Shown here: piece after piece, positions 17,160 through 26,228 of the stretch
How the letters are laid out: every line of letters starts with the position of its first letter
Position numbering within the stretch: position 1 is the first letter of the stretch
Origin: Nitrospiria bacterium
GTDB taxonomy: Bacteria > Nitrospirota > Nitrospiria > JACQBZ01
NCBI GenBank assembly: GCA_919901335.1
Contig: CAKKOZ010000116.1
Location: 1 to 38,559, forward strand
DNA: 38,559 bases
Reading direction: 5' to 3'
Made by a program: the position numbers and the translations under genes
The notes under the pieces: model-generated
The model's input: the letters and a program-made list of their open reading frames with translations, nothing else
The model's database searches: none
Told to the model about the DNA's origin: nothing

Positions 17160-17447
17160 CTAACCGGTCTTGGCCTCTTTGCCGGCGGAGGGGGCTGCCG
17201 GCTTTTCCGCGGCAGGTTTTGCTTCCGGTTTTGTTTTCTTTTCGGCTTTCTCAGCCTTGGCCCTGGTCCCGCGCTGCATGAAGTCCGCAAGGGCCCGGCG
17301 GCGGCGCTGAAGGCGTTTTAACTGTTTTCGGAACGTTCGCAATTCAAGCGAGCCCTCCGTGCCCAAATCCTTCTGTTGTTTTTCGGACAGCGTTTTCTTA
17401 AGACGTTTTATTTTTTCTTCCAATATTGCCCCGTCGGCCATAGCCAC
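17160..17447 (-). CDS. Small basic protein with Lys/Ala/Pro/Glu-rich tail, unknown function
   Basis: ORF track. A GGAAGGAGAG SD lies upstream of the ATG. Coiled-coil N-terminal half. The tail is KAEKAEKKTKPEAKPAAEKPAAPSAGKEAKTG. Confidence 0.55.
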   Translation of the reverse strand: MAMADGAILEEKIKRLKKTLSEKQQKDLGTEGSLELRTFRKQLKRLQRRRRALADFMQRGTRAKAEKAEKKTKPEAKPAAEKPAAPSAGKEAKTG

Positions 17448-17516
17448 TCTCCTTCCGGTACGTTAGATGACCCTTTAAAAATCTAATCCACTCCATCACA
17501 GACCCACCCGGCCCGT

Positions 17517-18173
17517 TTAAGGATCTTTCCGTACTACAAAAGTGTCGAGGTTATCCTCACGGGACAACCGGTCGGCTAGTTGAAACGCAAGGCGCTTCCG
17601 ACCGAGAAGCCCCACGCTGACACGGTAGATCGTATTTTGATTGGTCCGCAGCGTCGTCAGATAAACGTCGGCGTATTTATTTCTCAAACGTTCCGCGAGG
17701 CGTTTCGCGTTCTCCTCGATCTCAAACGCGCCCGCCTGCACGGTAAATCGCCCCGAGGCCCTGTTCGTCTTCGAAAGAGCGACCACCTCGATGGCCACGG
17801 GGGCCGTTCCGGCCGCGGTCATTTCCAGTTTTTCAGCCGCGCCGTAGGAAAGATCCAGAATGCGCCCACGGACAAAGGGCCCGCGGTCGTTGACCTTGAC
17901 CGTGACCGACCGTCCGTTCTCGCGGTGCGTGACCTTGACGATCGTCCCCAGCGGCATCAGGCGGTGTGCCGCCGTCAGACCGTACATGTCGTAGATCTCG
18001 CCGTTCGCGGTCTGCCGCCCGTGAAACGGTTTTCCGTACCAGGAGGACACGCCGGTCTCCCGATACCGGACCGGATAGTCGCCTCCCGGTCTCGGCGCCG
18101 ACGCGCAGGAGACCGTTGCGATCGCCAGGAAGAGTCCGAGAAGCCATCGGGATGGATTCAACACCCGACCCAT
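17517..18173 (-). CDS. rlpA: Septal ring lytic transglycosylase RlpA-family lipoprotein with SPOR domain
   Basis: DPBB core GVSSWYGKPFHGRQTANGEIYDMYGLTAAHRLMPLGTIVKVT..VTVKVNDRGPF. C-terminal SPOR-like FTVQAGAFEIEENAKRLAERL. I prefer the start MGRVLNPSRWLLGLFLAIATVSC (lipobox) at 18173. The track start at 18230 is possible. Confidence 0.85.
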   Translation of the reverse strand: MGRVLNPSRWLLGLFLAIATVSCASAPRPGGDYPVRYRETGVSSWYGKPFHGRQTANGEIYDMYGLTAAHRLMPLGTIVKVTHRENGRSVTVKVNDRGPFVRGRILDLSYGAAEKLEMTAAGTAPVAIEVVALSKTNRASGRFTVQAGAFEIEENAKRLAERLRNKYADVYLTTLRTNQNTIYRVSVGLLGRKRLAFQLADRLSREDNLDTFVVRKDP

Positions 18174-18255
18174 GCCCGAATCTTGACAACCCGGACCTTG
18201 CAGGAAGGACACGATGTTGTCTTCGCCCATCCGGCCATCCGCGACGCCTCCCCTG

Positions 18256-18846
18256 TTATGGGTTTAAATTCCGGCTTTCGGAAGCCCACAAACCCCGTTG
18301 ATGGGCCAGGGCCTCGGCCTGGAGTTTCATGAATAAATCCGCATACCGAAGGTTCGGCGGATGGAGACGAACCACCACATAACCGGATGTAATCAACTCG
18401 GCGTTCACCAGATGATCGTTTACGAAAACATAAGCGAGAAGGCGATGATAGCGATCCCGCGTTTCCCGATCCATCTCCAGCCGTACCCTGCGGCCCTCAA
18501 CCCAACGGCGGTTCAGCTCATAGGCCTCGGCCGCAAACGGCTCGGCCTTTTCAACCCATCGGCCGCGAACCTTTCGCCGCATCTCGGGAGCGTCAATTCC
18601 CAGATAGCGGACCCTTTCACCGTTGGACAGTTCGACCGTGTCCCCGTCAATCACCCGTTGCACCGCAACCGGCTTTCCAAGGTCTAAAGCCTCGGAGGCG
18701 GTTTGGGACGGCGCCTTCGATCCGGATAACACACCGGAGAAAATCAGAACCGTTCCCAGCAAGACAGCCGGAATGGACCGCCGCCGGAAGCCAGGGGCCG
18801 ATCTTAAGTCTGTTTTTTCCCTGGGACCGCCTGTTTCTTGATCCAT
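18256..18846 (-). CDS. Staphylococcal-nuclease-like (thermonuclease family) secreted or membrane-anchored nuclease
   Basis: VIDGDTVEL..RVRYLGIDAPE...YHRLLAYVF..VNAELITSGY is the SNase fold signature. N-terminal hydrophobic anchor. Confidence 0.8.
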   Translation of the reverse strand: MDQETGGPREKTDLRSAPGFRRRSIPAVLLGTVLIFSGVLSGSKAPSQTASEALDLGKPVAVQRVIDGDTVELSNGERVRYLGIDAPEMRRKVRGRWVEKAEPFAAEAYELNRRWVEGRRVRLEMDRETRDRYHRLLAYVFVNDHLVNAELITSGYVVVRLHPPNLRYADLFMKLQAEALAHQRGLWASESRNLNP

Positions 18847-19229
18847 TGACCGATCGCCCGTATCTTCTGATCATCGATATTCAGGAATCGGACGCCGATT
18901 CCTTCCGAACCGGCCCCCTCCGACGCATAGGGCCGTGTCCAGGCTACTTCTCCGGTGCAACTGACCTTGGTCTTTTTATCCGGGAGAATGAATTCGACCG
19001 GAAACCGCTCGCCGGCATGGACGGAACGTCCGGCAGACATCAAGAAACCGCCCATGCTGATATCCCGCATCTGACCGATGAACACCTCGTCGTATTGTTT
19101 CCATTTCACTTCCAAGACAAACAACGGCACGCGGAGCCATCGGCGTCTTTCGATAAACGCTTGAAGACCGTCTTTGCGGGTTGAAGACGACTTTGCTCCT
19201 GTTGTTTTTGTTTTCAACCGCAACCCCAC
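18804..19229 (-). CDS. PilZ-domain protein (putative c-di-GMP receptor)
   Basis: RRRWLR (RxxxR) and DISMGG (DxSxxG) motifs with a beta-barrel-like remainder. GTG start, which is uncertain. Confidence 0.8.
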   Translation of the reverse strand: MGLRLKTKTTGAKSSSTRKDGLQAFIERRRWLRVPLFVLEVKWKQYDEVFIGQMRDISMGGFLMSAGRSVHAGERFPVEFILPDKKTKVSCTGEVAWTRPYASEGAGSEGIGVRFLNIDDQKIRAIGQWIKKQAVPGKKQT

Positions 19230-19278
19230 GGATGGCGACCCAGTGTTTAAGAAACCGTACCCGTGCGCTTCGCCGCTA

Positions 19279-19521
19279 TCAATCCTCGGAAAACGATAAA
19301 AGGGCGATGCTGCGCGCCCGCTTGATCGCCTGGCCGACGTCCCGCTGGTGCGATGCGCAATTTCCGGAGATCCGCCGCGGAACGATCTTGCCCCGTTCCG
19401 TCACGAAATTCCGCAGCAACCCGGTGTCTTTGTAATCAATATGCTTGATCTTATCGGTGCAAAAGCGGCAATTTTTCTTCCGCTGTGTAAACCGGCCTTT
19501 TTCTACCTGCGTCTCTTTCAT
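19279..19521 (-). CDS. rpsR: 30S ribosomal protein S18
   Basis: [46 protein letters not shown]. Confidence 0.95.
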   Translation of the reverse strand: MKETQVEKGRFTQRKKNCRFCTDKIKHIDYKDTGLLRNFVTERGKIVPRRISGNCASHQRDVGQAIKRARSIALLSFSED

Positions 19522-19564
19522 ATGACCCCCACCTGTTCGTCATTCGATCGTTTTTATTTTCCGT

Positions 19565-19984
19565 TCAAAACGGCACATCGCTGTCCGCTCCGCCTGCGGC
19601 TGGGTCCAGATCATCCGGCGCGGATTCCGCCTTTCCGGAGGGAGCGGCCGCCTCCCCGCGCTTGGGCATGAAGCGGACCGCTTGAGCGACCACTTCATGC
19701 TTGCTGCGTTTCTGACCGTCTTCGGTTTCCCATCGGCGTTCCTGCAGCCGTCCGTCCACAATCACGCTCTGCCCCTTGTTCAGATACTGGCCGCAGTTCT
19801 CAGCTTGTTTTCCAAAAACCACGACGTCGATGTAACAGACCTCTTCCTTGAGATCCTCTCCCTGCTTGTATTTGTGGTTGACCGCCAGACGGAAGTTGGC
19901 CACCGGCGTGCCGCTGGGCGTGTACCGGATCTCGGGGTCTTTGGTGAGATTGCCGATCAGGATGACTTTGTTATAACTGACCAT
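19565..19984 (-). CDS. ssb: Single-stranded DNA-binding protein
   Basis: OB-fold N-terminus NKVILIGNLTKDPEIRYTPSGTPVANFRLAVN. Acidic C-terminal tip DSDVPF. Located between rpsF and rpsR. Confidence 0.95.
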   Translation of the reverse strand: MVSYNKVILIGNLTKDPEIRYTPSGTPVANFRLAVNHKYKQGEDLKEEVCYIDVVVFGKQAENCGQYLNKGQSVIVDGRLQERRWETEDGQKRSKHEVVAQAVRFMPKRGEAAAPSGKAESAPDDLDPAAGGADSDVPF

Positions 19985-19989
19985 CTTGG

Positions 19990-20391
19990 TTAATCCGTTC
20001 TCTTTCCGGAATCGTATCGGGGACGGTCTTCCCGGTCATGTCCAAACCGGCCGCGGGAAGGTCGTCCTTCTTCAGCCGAGGGCATGACAAGCGGGCCCGG
20101 ATCGCCCTTGGACGGTTTGACCGTCAGAAACTTGATGATTCCGTCTTCCATGCGGTAGGTATGCTCCAGATCGTTGACCACTTTTCCATCGCCATTAAAA
20201 CGGAAAATGACATAGGTCCCTTTCTTTTCCCTTTCCACTTCGTACGCCAGTTTCCGCTTTCCCCAGTTTTCGGCCTGGAGAACGGCGCCGCCGCTTTTCC
20301 CGATGACCGCTTTCATCTTCTCGACCACTTTTGTGACTTCCTCATCGGTCAAGTTGGGGCGGATAATAAAGATGGTTTCATACATCTGCAT
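19990..20391 (-). CDS. rpsF: 30S ribosomal protein S6
   Basis: MQMYETIFIIRPNLTDEEV...WGKRKLAYEV. I chose ATG 20391, which lies 8 nt after the GGGAG of an AGGAGGGAG SD. The track GTG start at 20400 abuts the SD. Confidence 0.95.
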   Translation of the reverse strand: MQMYETIFIIRPNLTDEEVTKVVEKMKAVIGKSGGAVLQAENWGKRKLAYEVEREKKGTYVIFRFNGDGKVVNDLEHTYRMEDGIIKFLTVKPSKGDPGPLVMPSAEEGRPSRGRFGHDREDRPRYDSGKRTD

Positions 20392-20422
20392 AAACGTCAC
20401 TCCCTCCTGGATATCAAGCCCT

Positions 20423-20451
20423 CCCTCGCTCTCATGCGTTGAGAGCGAGGG
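20423..20451 (-). promoter_or_regulatory. 12-14 bp GC-rich hairpin in the rpsF leader
   Basis: CCCTCGCTCTCA-TGCGT-TGAGAGCGAGGG, about 25 nt upstream of the rpsF SD. A second palindrome, TGTGTTAC-TCTT-GTAACACA, lies at 20468-20487. Confidence 0.6.
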
Positions 20452-20528
20452 GGTATCTGTCCGACAATGTGTTACTCTTGTAACACAACTTTCTTGTTGA
20501 AATCAACTACTCAAACAGACCGGTCAAC

Positions 20529-21623
20529 CTAAACTTGGAACCTGAAATACAGGACGTCCCCGTCCCGGACAATATAATCACGCCCTTCAACCCGGAGGAG
20601 TCCTCGTTCGCGAACCGCGGCCGCGCTTCCGCATGGGATCAAATCGGAATAGGACATCACCTCGGCGCGGATGAATCCCTTTTCCATATCGCTGTGAATT
20701 CTCCCGGCCGCAAGCGGCGCCTTTGTCTCTTTCGGAACCGTCCAGGCCCTCGACTCCGGCTCGCCGGCCGTGAAAAAAGTGATCAGCCCCAGCAGCTCAT
20801 ATCCCGCCCGTATCAGTCGGTCCAGTCCGGATTCGGCCAGCCCCAGTTCCTTCAAAAAGACGGCGCGATCTGCTTTCGGTAGTGCGATCAGCTCTTCTTC
20901 AACCTTGCCGCTCACCACGATCACCCCGGCCCCTTCGCGTTGCGCGATCTCCCGAACCCGCTGGACATGGGACGGTTCTTTCAACAGATCGGCTTCGGCG
21001 ACATTGGCCACATAGACCACCGGCTTGTCGGTGAGCAGATGCAACTCGTGCAGCCACCGCATCTCGTCCGGCGTATAGGATTTTCCACGAATCGGCTCGC
21101 CCTTGGCCAGCAGGGCATGGAGCCGCTGGGTAAAGGCCTGCTCGGCCGCGGCCTTGGCATCGCCCGACCTCACCTTTTTCTCAGCCGCCTGAAGCCGCCG
21201 TTCGACCGTTTCCAGATCGGCCAGGATCAATTCGGTCTCGATAATCTCGATATCCCGTGCCGGGTCCACCGATCCCGAGACATGCACGACGTCCGGATCT
21301 TCAAAACAGCGGACGATATGGACGATCGCATCGACCTCCCGGATGTGGCTTAGAAATTTGTTCCCCAACCCTTCGCCCTGGCTGGCCCCTTTGACCAGTC
21401 CGGCGATGTCGACGAACTCCACCATCGTCGGGACGACCTTCTTGGACTTGAACATCTCGGCCAGCCGCCGCAGCCGCTCGTCCGGAACCTCAACCACCCC
21501 GACGTTCGGCTCGATCGTGCAAAAGGGGTAATTGGCCACGGCCGCGCCGGCCGCCGTCAAGGCGTTAAAGAGGGTTGACTTGCCCACATTGGGAAGTCCG
21601 ACGATTCCGCAGTTGAATCCCAT
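20529..21623 (-). CDS. ychF: Ribosome-binding ATPase YchF
   Basis: [23 protein letters not shown] and a TGS-like C-terminus (..[11 protein letters not shown]). Confidence 0.95.
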   Translation of the reverse strand: MGFNCGIVGLPNVGKSTLFNALTAAGAAVANYPFCTIEPNVGVVEVPDERLRRLAEMFKSKKVVPTMVEFVDIAGLVKGASQGEGLGNKFLSHIREVDAIVHIVRCFEDPDVVHVSGSVDPARDIEIIETELILADLETVERRLQAAEKKVRSGDAKAAAEQAFTQRLHALLAKGEPIRGKSYTPDEMRWLHELHLLTDKPVVYVANVAEADLLKEPSHVQRVREIAQREGAGVIVVSGKVEEELIALPKADRAVFLKELGLAESGLDRLIRAGYELLGLITFFTAGEPESRAWTVPKETKAPLAAGRIHSDMEKGFIRAEVMSYSDLIPCGSAAAVRERGLLRVEGRDYIVRDGDVLYFRFQV

Positions 21624-21635
21624 GACGTATACCGG

Positions 21636-23669
21636 TCAAACCAGCAGCGGGATGATCAGAAGGGCGACGATATTGATGATCTTGATCATCGGATTGATCG
21701 CCGGACCGGCGGTGTCCTTATATGGATCGCCGACGGTATCGCCCGTCACGGCCGCCTTGTGGGCCTCGCTTCCTTTCCCCCCGTAGTTTCCTTCCTCGAT
21801 ATATTTTTTGGCATTGTCCCAGGCGCCCCCGCCGCTGGTCATCGAGATCGCCACGAACAGGCCGGTGACGATGCTTCCCACCAGCATGCCGCCCAGCGCT
21901 TTGGGCCCCAGAATCAGTCCGACCGCAATCGGCGAGAGAACCGGAATCAGCCCGGGGATCATCATCTCCCGTATGGCCGCCCGGGTCACGATGTCCACGG
22001 CACGGCCGTAGTCCGGACGGCCGGTTCCCTGCATAATGCCTGGGATCTCGCGGAACTGGCGGCGGACCTCTTCCACGATCATCCCGGCAGCCTTGCCCAC
22101 GGCCTCCATGCTCAATGCGGAGAAGAGATAGGGCAGCAGGCCGCCGATGAAGAGGCCGACCAGGACGTAGGGATCGCTTAAGGTGTAGACCAGTTTGATC
22201 CTGAGAAGGTTGTTGAGTTCCTGGGTGTACGACGCGAACAGAACAATCGCGGCCAGGCCGGCCGACCCGATCGCATATCCCTTCGTCACGGCCTTGGTCG
22301 TGTTGCCGACGGCATCCAGCGGATCGGTCACGGCGCGGACGCTTTTGTCCAGACCCGCCATCTCGGCGATTCCGCCCGCGTTGTCCGTGATGGGTCCGTA
22401 GGCATCCAACGCCACCACCATGCCGGTCATCGAAAGCATCGAGACGGCCGCCACGGCCACACCGTAAAGACCGGCGAGATGAAATGAGACCAAAACGCCT
22501 GCGCCGATCACCAGCACCGGCAGCGCTGTCGCCTTCATGCTCACGGCCAGGCCGGCGATGATGTTCGTTCCGTGACCGGTGGTGGAGGCCTTTGCAATAC
22601 TCCTGACCGGTCCGAAGGAGGTCGAGGTATAGTATTCCGTGATCATCACCAGGGCTGCCGTGACCCCCAGGCCGACCAGCACCGTACCGTAGATCCGGCT
22701 TGGATCAACCGTCGCCAGGTCCTGGAAAATCCAGGCAGTCATGGGGTAGAGCGCGATCGCCGCGAGGGACCCGGAAACAGCCAGACCTTTGTACAGCGCG
22801 CCCATGATATACCCCTTGGCGCCGATGCGGGCGAAGAAGGTCCCGATAATCGAGGTGATGATCGATATCCCGCCCACGACCAGCGGGTAAGCCAGGACCT
22901 GCGGGGCATCGCTGAACACCAGAAGGCCCAGAAGCATGGTCGAAATAATCGTGACGGCGTACGTCTCGAAGAGATCGGCCGCCATGCCGGCGCAGTCCCC
23001 GACGTTGTCCCCGACGTTGTCCGCGATCACGGCCGGGTTGCGCGGATCGTCCTCCGGAATCCCGGCCTCCACTTTGCCCACAAGATCGGCCCCGACATCG
23101 GCCGCCTTGGTGAAGATTCCACCGCCCAGACGAGCGAAGATGCTGATGAGGCTCCCCCCAAATCCCAGGCCGACCAGCGGCGTAATATTCACCTTCTCAC
23201 CGCTCGGTGTCAGTGCCACCAAGATACCATAATATCCGGCAACCGATAGAAGACCCAGGCCGACCACGAGAAGGCCGGTGACGGATCCGCCCCGGAAGGC
23301 CACGTTAAAAGCCGCGGACAGTCCCCGCTTCGCCGCTTCGGCCGTCCGCACGTTGGCCTTGACCGAGATGTTCATCCCGATATAACCGGCCGCGGCCGAA
23401 GAGACGGCCCCGATCAGAAATCCGACGGCCGTCTTCGCTCCCAGCGTCGCCCATAAAATGATCAACAGCACCAGACCCACCCCCGCAATCGTGGTATACT
23501 GGCGATTCAAAAAAGCCCTGGCCCCTTCCTGAATGGCCTTTGCAATTTCCTGCATCCGCGCCGTGCCGGCCGGAAGAGCCAGAACCCATCGGGCTGCCAC
23601 GGCGCCGTAAATCACCGCGGCCGCCCCGCAAACCACGGCAAATAAAATCGAACCGCTCAGAAGATCCAT
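21636..23669 (-). CDS. hppA: Membrane-bound proton-translocating pyrophosphatase (K+-independent signature)
   Basis: [56 protein letters not shown]. About 16 TM segments. [16 protein letters not shown] has Lys-459 and Thr-462. Confidence 0.95.
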   Translation of the reverse strand: MDLLSGSILFAVVCGAAAVIYGAVAARWVLALPAGTARMQEIAKAIQEGARAFLNRQYTTIAGVGLVLLIILWATLGAKTAVGFLIGAVSSAAAGYIGMNISVKANVRTAEAAKRGLSAAFNVAFRGGSVTGLLVVGLGLLSVAGYYGILVALTPSGEKVNITPLVGLGFGGSLISIFARLGGGIFTKAADVGADLVGKVEAGIPEDDPRNPAVIADNVGDNVGDCAGMAADLFETYAVTIISTMLLGLLVFSDAPQVLAYPLVVGGISIITSIIGTFFARIGAKGYIMGALYKGLAVSGSLAAIALYPMTAWIFQDLATVDPSRIYGTVLVGLGVTAALVMITEYYTSTSFGPVRSIAKASTTGHGTNIIAGLAVSMKATALPVLVIGAGVLVSFHLAGLYGVAVAAVSMLSMTGMVVALDAYGPITDNAGGIAEMAGLDKSVRAVTDPLDAVGNTTKAVTKGYAIGSAGLAAIVLFASYTQELNNLLRIKLVYTLSDPYVLVGLFIGGLLPYLFSALSMEAVGKAAGMIVEEVRRQFREIPGIMQGTGRPDYGRAVDIVTRAAIREMMIPGLIPVLSPIAVGLILGPKALGGMLVGSIVTGLFVAISMTSGGGAWDNAKKYIEEGNYGGKGSEAHKAAVTGDTVGDPYKDTAGPAINPMIKIINIVALLIIPLLV

Positions 23670-23703
23670 TCTCGATGCCTCCTTATCATGGGCCGGGGAG
23701 TGC

Positions 23704-23730
23704 GGGGGACAGATTTAAAATCCGCCTCCC
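23704..23730 (-). repeat. Degenerate copy of the GGGGACAGATTT hairpin element
   Basis: GGGGGACAGATTTAAAATCCGCCTCCC shares 17 of 18 nt (GGGGACAGATTT-R-AAATC) with the palindrome at 32742-32766. It lies in the pth-hppA spacer. Confidence 0.7.
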
Positions 23731-23739
23731 GATGGGTGC

Positions 23740-24318
23740 CTACGAATGAAACCGGTTCATGGTCGCCCCCGGCCCTTCTTTGATAAAACAGTCCAGTGCC
23801 GTAACGGATCGTTTAATCATTTCCTGGATGACGGACCGTTCTTCAGGAAGAAAAACCGACAGGACGTATTTGTCCGCGGCCTGATGAGCCGGCGGCCGGC
23901 CGATCCCTACCCGGAGACGGTAGAACTGGTGGGTCTGGAGTGATGCGATAATGGATTGAACCCCGCGATGACCGCCATGCCCCCCTTTGGATTTGAGCCG
24001 AAGGCGTCCAAGATCGAGATCCAGGTCGTCGTGAACCACAAGCAGATCGGATGGATCGGCTCCGGTTTCTCGAAGCAATTCCAGAGTCGCCGGCCCGCTT
24101 CGGTTCATATAGGTCTGCGGCTTTGCCAGAATCAGCCGTTCGTCGTTCCGATTTCGATCCTGGGCCGTGCCGAAAGCGGTGAGAATCCGCGGCGGGGACG
24201 ATTTCCGGAAAGAAACAGCCAGGGACTTCGCATAAGCGTCCAGGACCATAAAACCGACGTTGTGACGGCTGCGCGCGTAGTCTGCCCCGGGGTTCCCAAG
24301 CCCTACAAGGATCTTCAA
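23740..24318 (-). CDS. pth: Peptidyl-tRNA hydrolase
   Basis: MKILVGLGNPGADYARSRHNVGFMVLD. Confidence 0.95.
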   Translation of the reverse strand: MKILVGLGNPGADYARSRHNVGFMVLDAYAKSLAVSFRKSSPPRILTAFGTAQDRNRNDERLILAKPQTYMNRSGPATLELLRETGADPSDLLVVHDDLDLDLGRLRLKSKGGHGGHRGVQSIIASLQTHQFYRLRVGIGRPPAHQAADKYVLSVFLPEERSVIQEMIKRSVTALDCFIKEGPGATMNRFHS

Positions 24319-24320
24319 TA

Positions 24321-25112
24321 TTAACCTTTCGCTCCGGACGCCTTCTTTGCTTCCTTCTTCTCTTCCTTGCCGCCGGGTTTCGCAGTCTTCACCTCGCCTT
24401 TGGCCTCCGTCTTTTCACCCGGTTTTCCAGCGGCCCCGGCTTCCGCCGCCCCCGCTTCTCCCTCTTCCTCTTTCTTCTTCCCGATCACTTCAGGTTCTTT
24501 TGTCTCGGCCGGGGTTCCGGCCAGAATCTCTTCCAGCTTGGCCTCGGACAACGGGGCCGCCACCGACACGATCGCCAGGTCCTTGTCTTCCAAGATCCGG
24601 ATCCCCTGCTGAACCGGCAGATCCCTCACATGGATTGACTCCCCGATCTTCAAATGCGCCGCGTCCAGATCCAGATGGTCCGGAATCATGGAAGGGAGAC
24701 ACTCGATCTCGACTTCGCGGAGGTTGTGCTGCAGCACGCCGCCTTCCTTGACCCCCTCCGGCATGTCCCCCGTGACCTTAATGGGAACCCTCAGCCGGAT
24801 CGCCTTGGCCATGTTGATCTCGAACAGATCCGCATGCAGGATGCCGCCGGTAATGGGATCCTTTTGAAAATCGCGGAGGATCGCCGTCCGCGTCTCAACG
24901 GATTCCCCTCCTTTGATCTTCAGATTGATCAGTGCGTTTTCCCCCGACTCCGACTTTAAAAGTTTGATCAGATCCGCGGGATGGATGCTCAACAGGCTCG
25001 ACCTTCCTTCCCCGTACAGCACGGCCGGAATCCGGCCGGCCCGGCGAAGCGTGCGGGCCACTCCCTTTCCGCTTTTCTGACGCTGCTCCGCGTCCAAATC
25101 CATACGCTGCAT
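24321..25112 (-). CDS. rplY: 50S ribosomal protein L25 / general stress protein Ctc, with Lys/Glu/Ala-rich C-terminal tail
   Basis: GKGVARTLRRAGRIPAVLYGEG, a two-domain Ctc-form body, and a low-complexity tail (last ~55 aa). Confidence 0.9.
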   Translation of the reverse strand: MQRMDLDAEQRQKSGKGVARTLRRAGRIPAVLYGEGRSSLLSIHPADLIKLLKSESGENALINLKIKGGESVETRTAILRDFQKDPITGGILHADLFEINMAKAIRLRVPIKVTGDMPEGVKEGGVLQHNLREVEIECLPSMIPDHLDLDAAHLKIGESIHVRDLPVQQGIRILEDKDLAIVSVAAPLSEAKLEEILAGTPAETKEPEVIGKKKEEEGEAGAAEAGAAGKPGEKTEAKGEVKTAKPGGKEEKKEAKKASGAKG

Positions 25113-25141
25113 GTCTGGCTCCTTTTAATTAAATTGAACGG

Positions 25142-26083
25142 TTATACAAACAATGAACTGACCGATTCTTCATTATGAATCCGACGAATCGCCTCTCCCA
25201 AGAGCGGGGCGACGGACAGGACCTTGATCTTTTTGCAAACCTGATCCTTGCCGGCCATGGGAATGGTGTTGGTGACGATCACCTGGTCGAGGACCGAGTC
25301 GTTGAGACGCTGCAAGGCCGGACCGGATAGAACGGCATGCGTGCTGCCGGCCAGAACCCGACGGGCCCCTTTGTCGGCGCAGGCCTGGGCGCCCTGCGCG
25401 ATCGTCCCGGCGGTATCAATCATGTCGTCCAGGAGAAGCACATCGCGGTTGTCCACCTCTCCGATGATGTTCATGATCTTGGCCTGATTCGGCCCCTCGC
25501 GGCGCTTGTCAATAATTGCCAGGTTTGCATTGAGCCGTTTTGCAAAGGCGCGCGCCCGTTCCACGCCGCCGGCATCCGGAGAAACGACCACCAGGTCCTT
25601 CAAGTCCATGGAGCGCAGATGGTCCAAAATCACCGGCGTCGCATAGAGATGGTCTACCGGGATATTAAAGAAGCCCTGGATCTGTCCGGCGTGCAGATCC
25701 ATGGTCAAAACCTTATCAGCCCCGGCCGTGGTGATCAGGTCCGCGACCAGTTTCGCCGTCACCGGCACCCGAGGCTGGTCCTTGCGGTCCTGCCGGGCGT
25801 AGCCGTAGTAGGGAATGACGGCCGTAATCCGACGGGCGGAAGACCGTTTGAGCGCGTCAATCATGATGAGGAGTTCCATGATGTTCTTGTTGACCGGGTC
25901 CGAGCAGGATTGAACCACAAACACATCCATTCCGCGCACGTTCTCCTCAATCCGGACCAGGATCTCCCCGTCGCTGAAGGCCGAAACGGTCGTCGCGCCC
26001 AGGGTGACCCCGAGGTGATCGCAGATCTCCTTGGCCAGTGGAATATTGGAATTGCCCGAAATCAGCTTAAGCTCGTTTAACAC
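25142..26083 (-). CDS. prs: Ribose-phosphate pyrophosphokinase
   Basis: DLHAGQIQGFF, VVSPDAGGVERARAFAKRL, LLDDMIDTAGT. GTG start with a GGAGAG SD. Confidence 0.95.
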   Translation of the reverse strand: MLNELKLISGNSNIPLAKEICDHLGVTLGATTVSAFSDGEILVRIEENVRGMDVFVVQSCSDPVNKNIMELLIMIDALKRSSARRITAVIPYYGYARQDRKDQPRVPVTAKLVADLITTAGADKVLTMDLHAGQIQGFFNIPVDHLYATPVILDHLRSMDLKDLVVVSPDAGGVERARAFAKRLNANLAIIDKRREGPNQAKIMNIIGEVDNRDVLLLDDMIDTAGTIAQGAQACADKGARRVLAGSTHAVLSGPALQRLNDSVLDQVIVTNTIPMAGKDQVCKKIKVLSVAPLLGEAIRRIHNEESVSSLFV

Positions 26084-26154
26084 TCAACTCTCCGTTCTTC
26101 CGTTCCATGGGGTATGGCGCCCGGACGGCCGAGACCCCTCGTGTTGAGGTAAAT

Positions 26155-26228
26155 TGGTTCGGAGGTAGGGACTCGAACCCCAATTCGCAGCTCCAAAGGC
26201 TGCTGTCCTACCGTTGGACGACCTCCGA
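26155..26228 (-). tRNA. tRNA-Gln (anticodon UUG), CCA encoded
   Basis: Folded by hand into a 74-nt cloverleaf. Acceptor stem UCGGAGG/CCUCCGA with the U1-A72 pair typical of tRNA-Gln. D arm GUCC-AACGGUA-GGAC. Anticodon arm GCAGC-CUUUGGA-GCUGC. T arm UGGGG-UUCGAGU-CCCUA. 3' end ACCA. Confidence 0.9.

Noticed and set aside
24321-24480. Repetitive-looking Lys/Glu/Ala/Gly-rich coding DNA at the 3' end of rplY (similar in style to 17160-17260)
   Set aside because: It is a low-complexity protein tail, not a DNA repeat or mobile element. The two regions share composition but no extended nucleotide identity.
26155-26228. tRNA-Gln as a possible integration hotspot or island boundary
   Set aside because: There is no integrase and no direct repeat of the tRNA 3' end. 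Both flanks are conserved housekeeping genes (ispE and prs).
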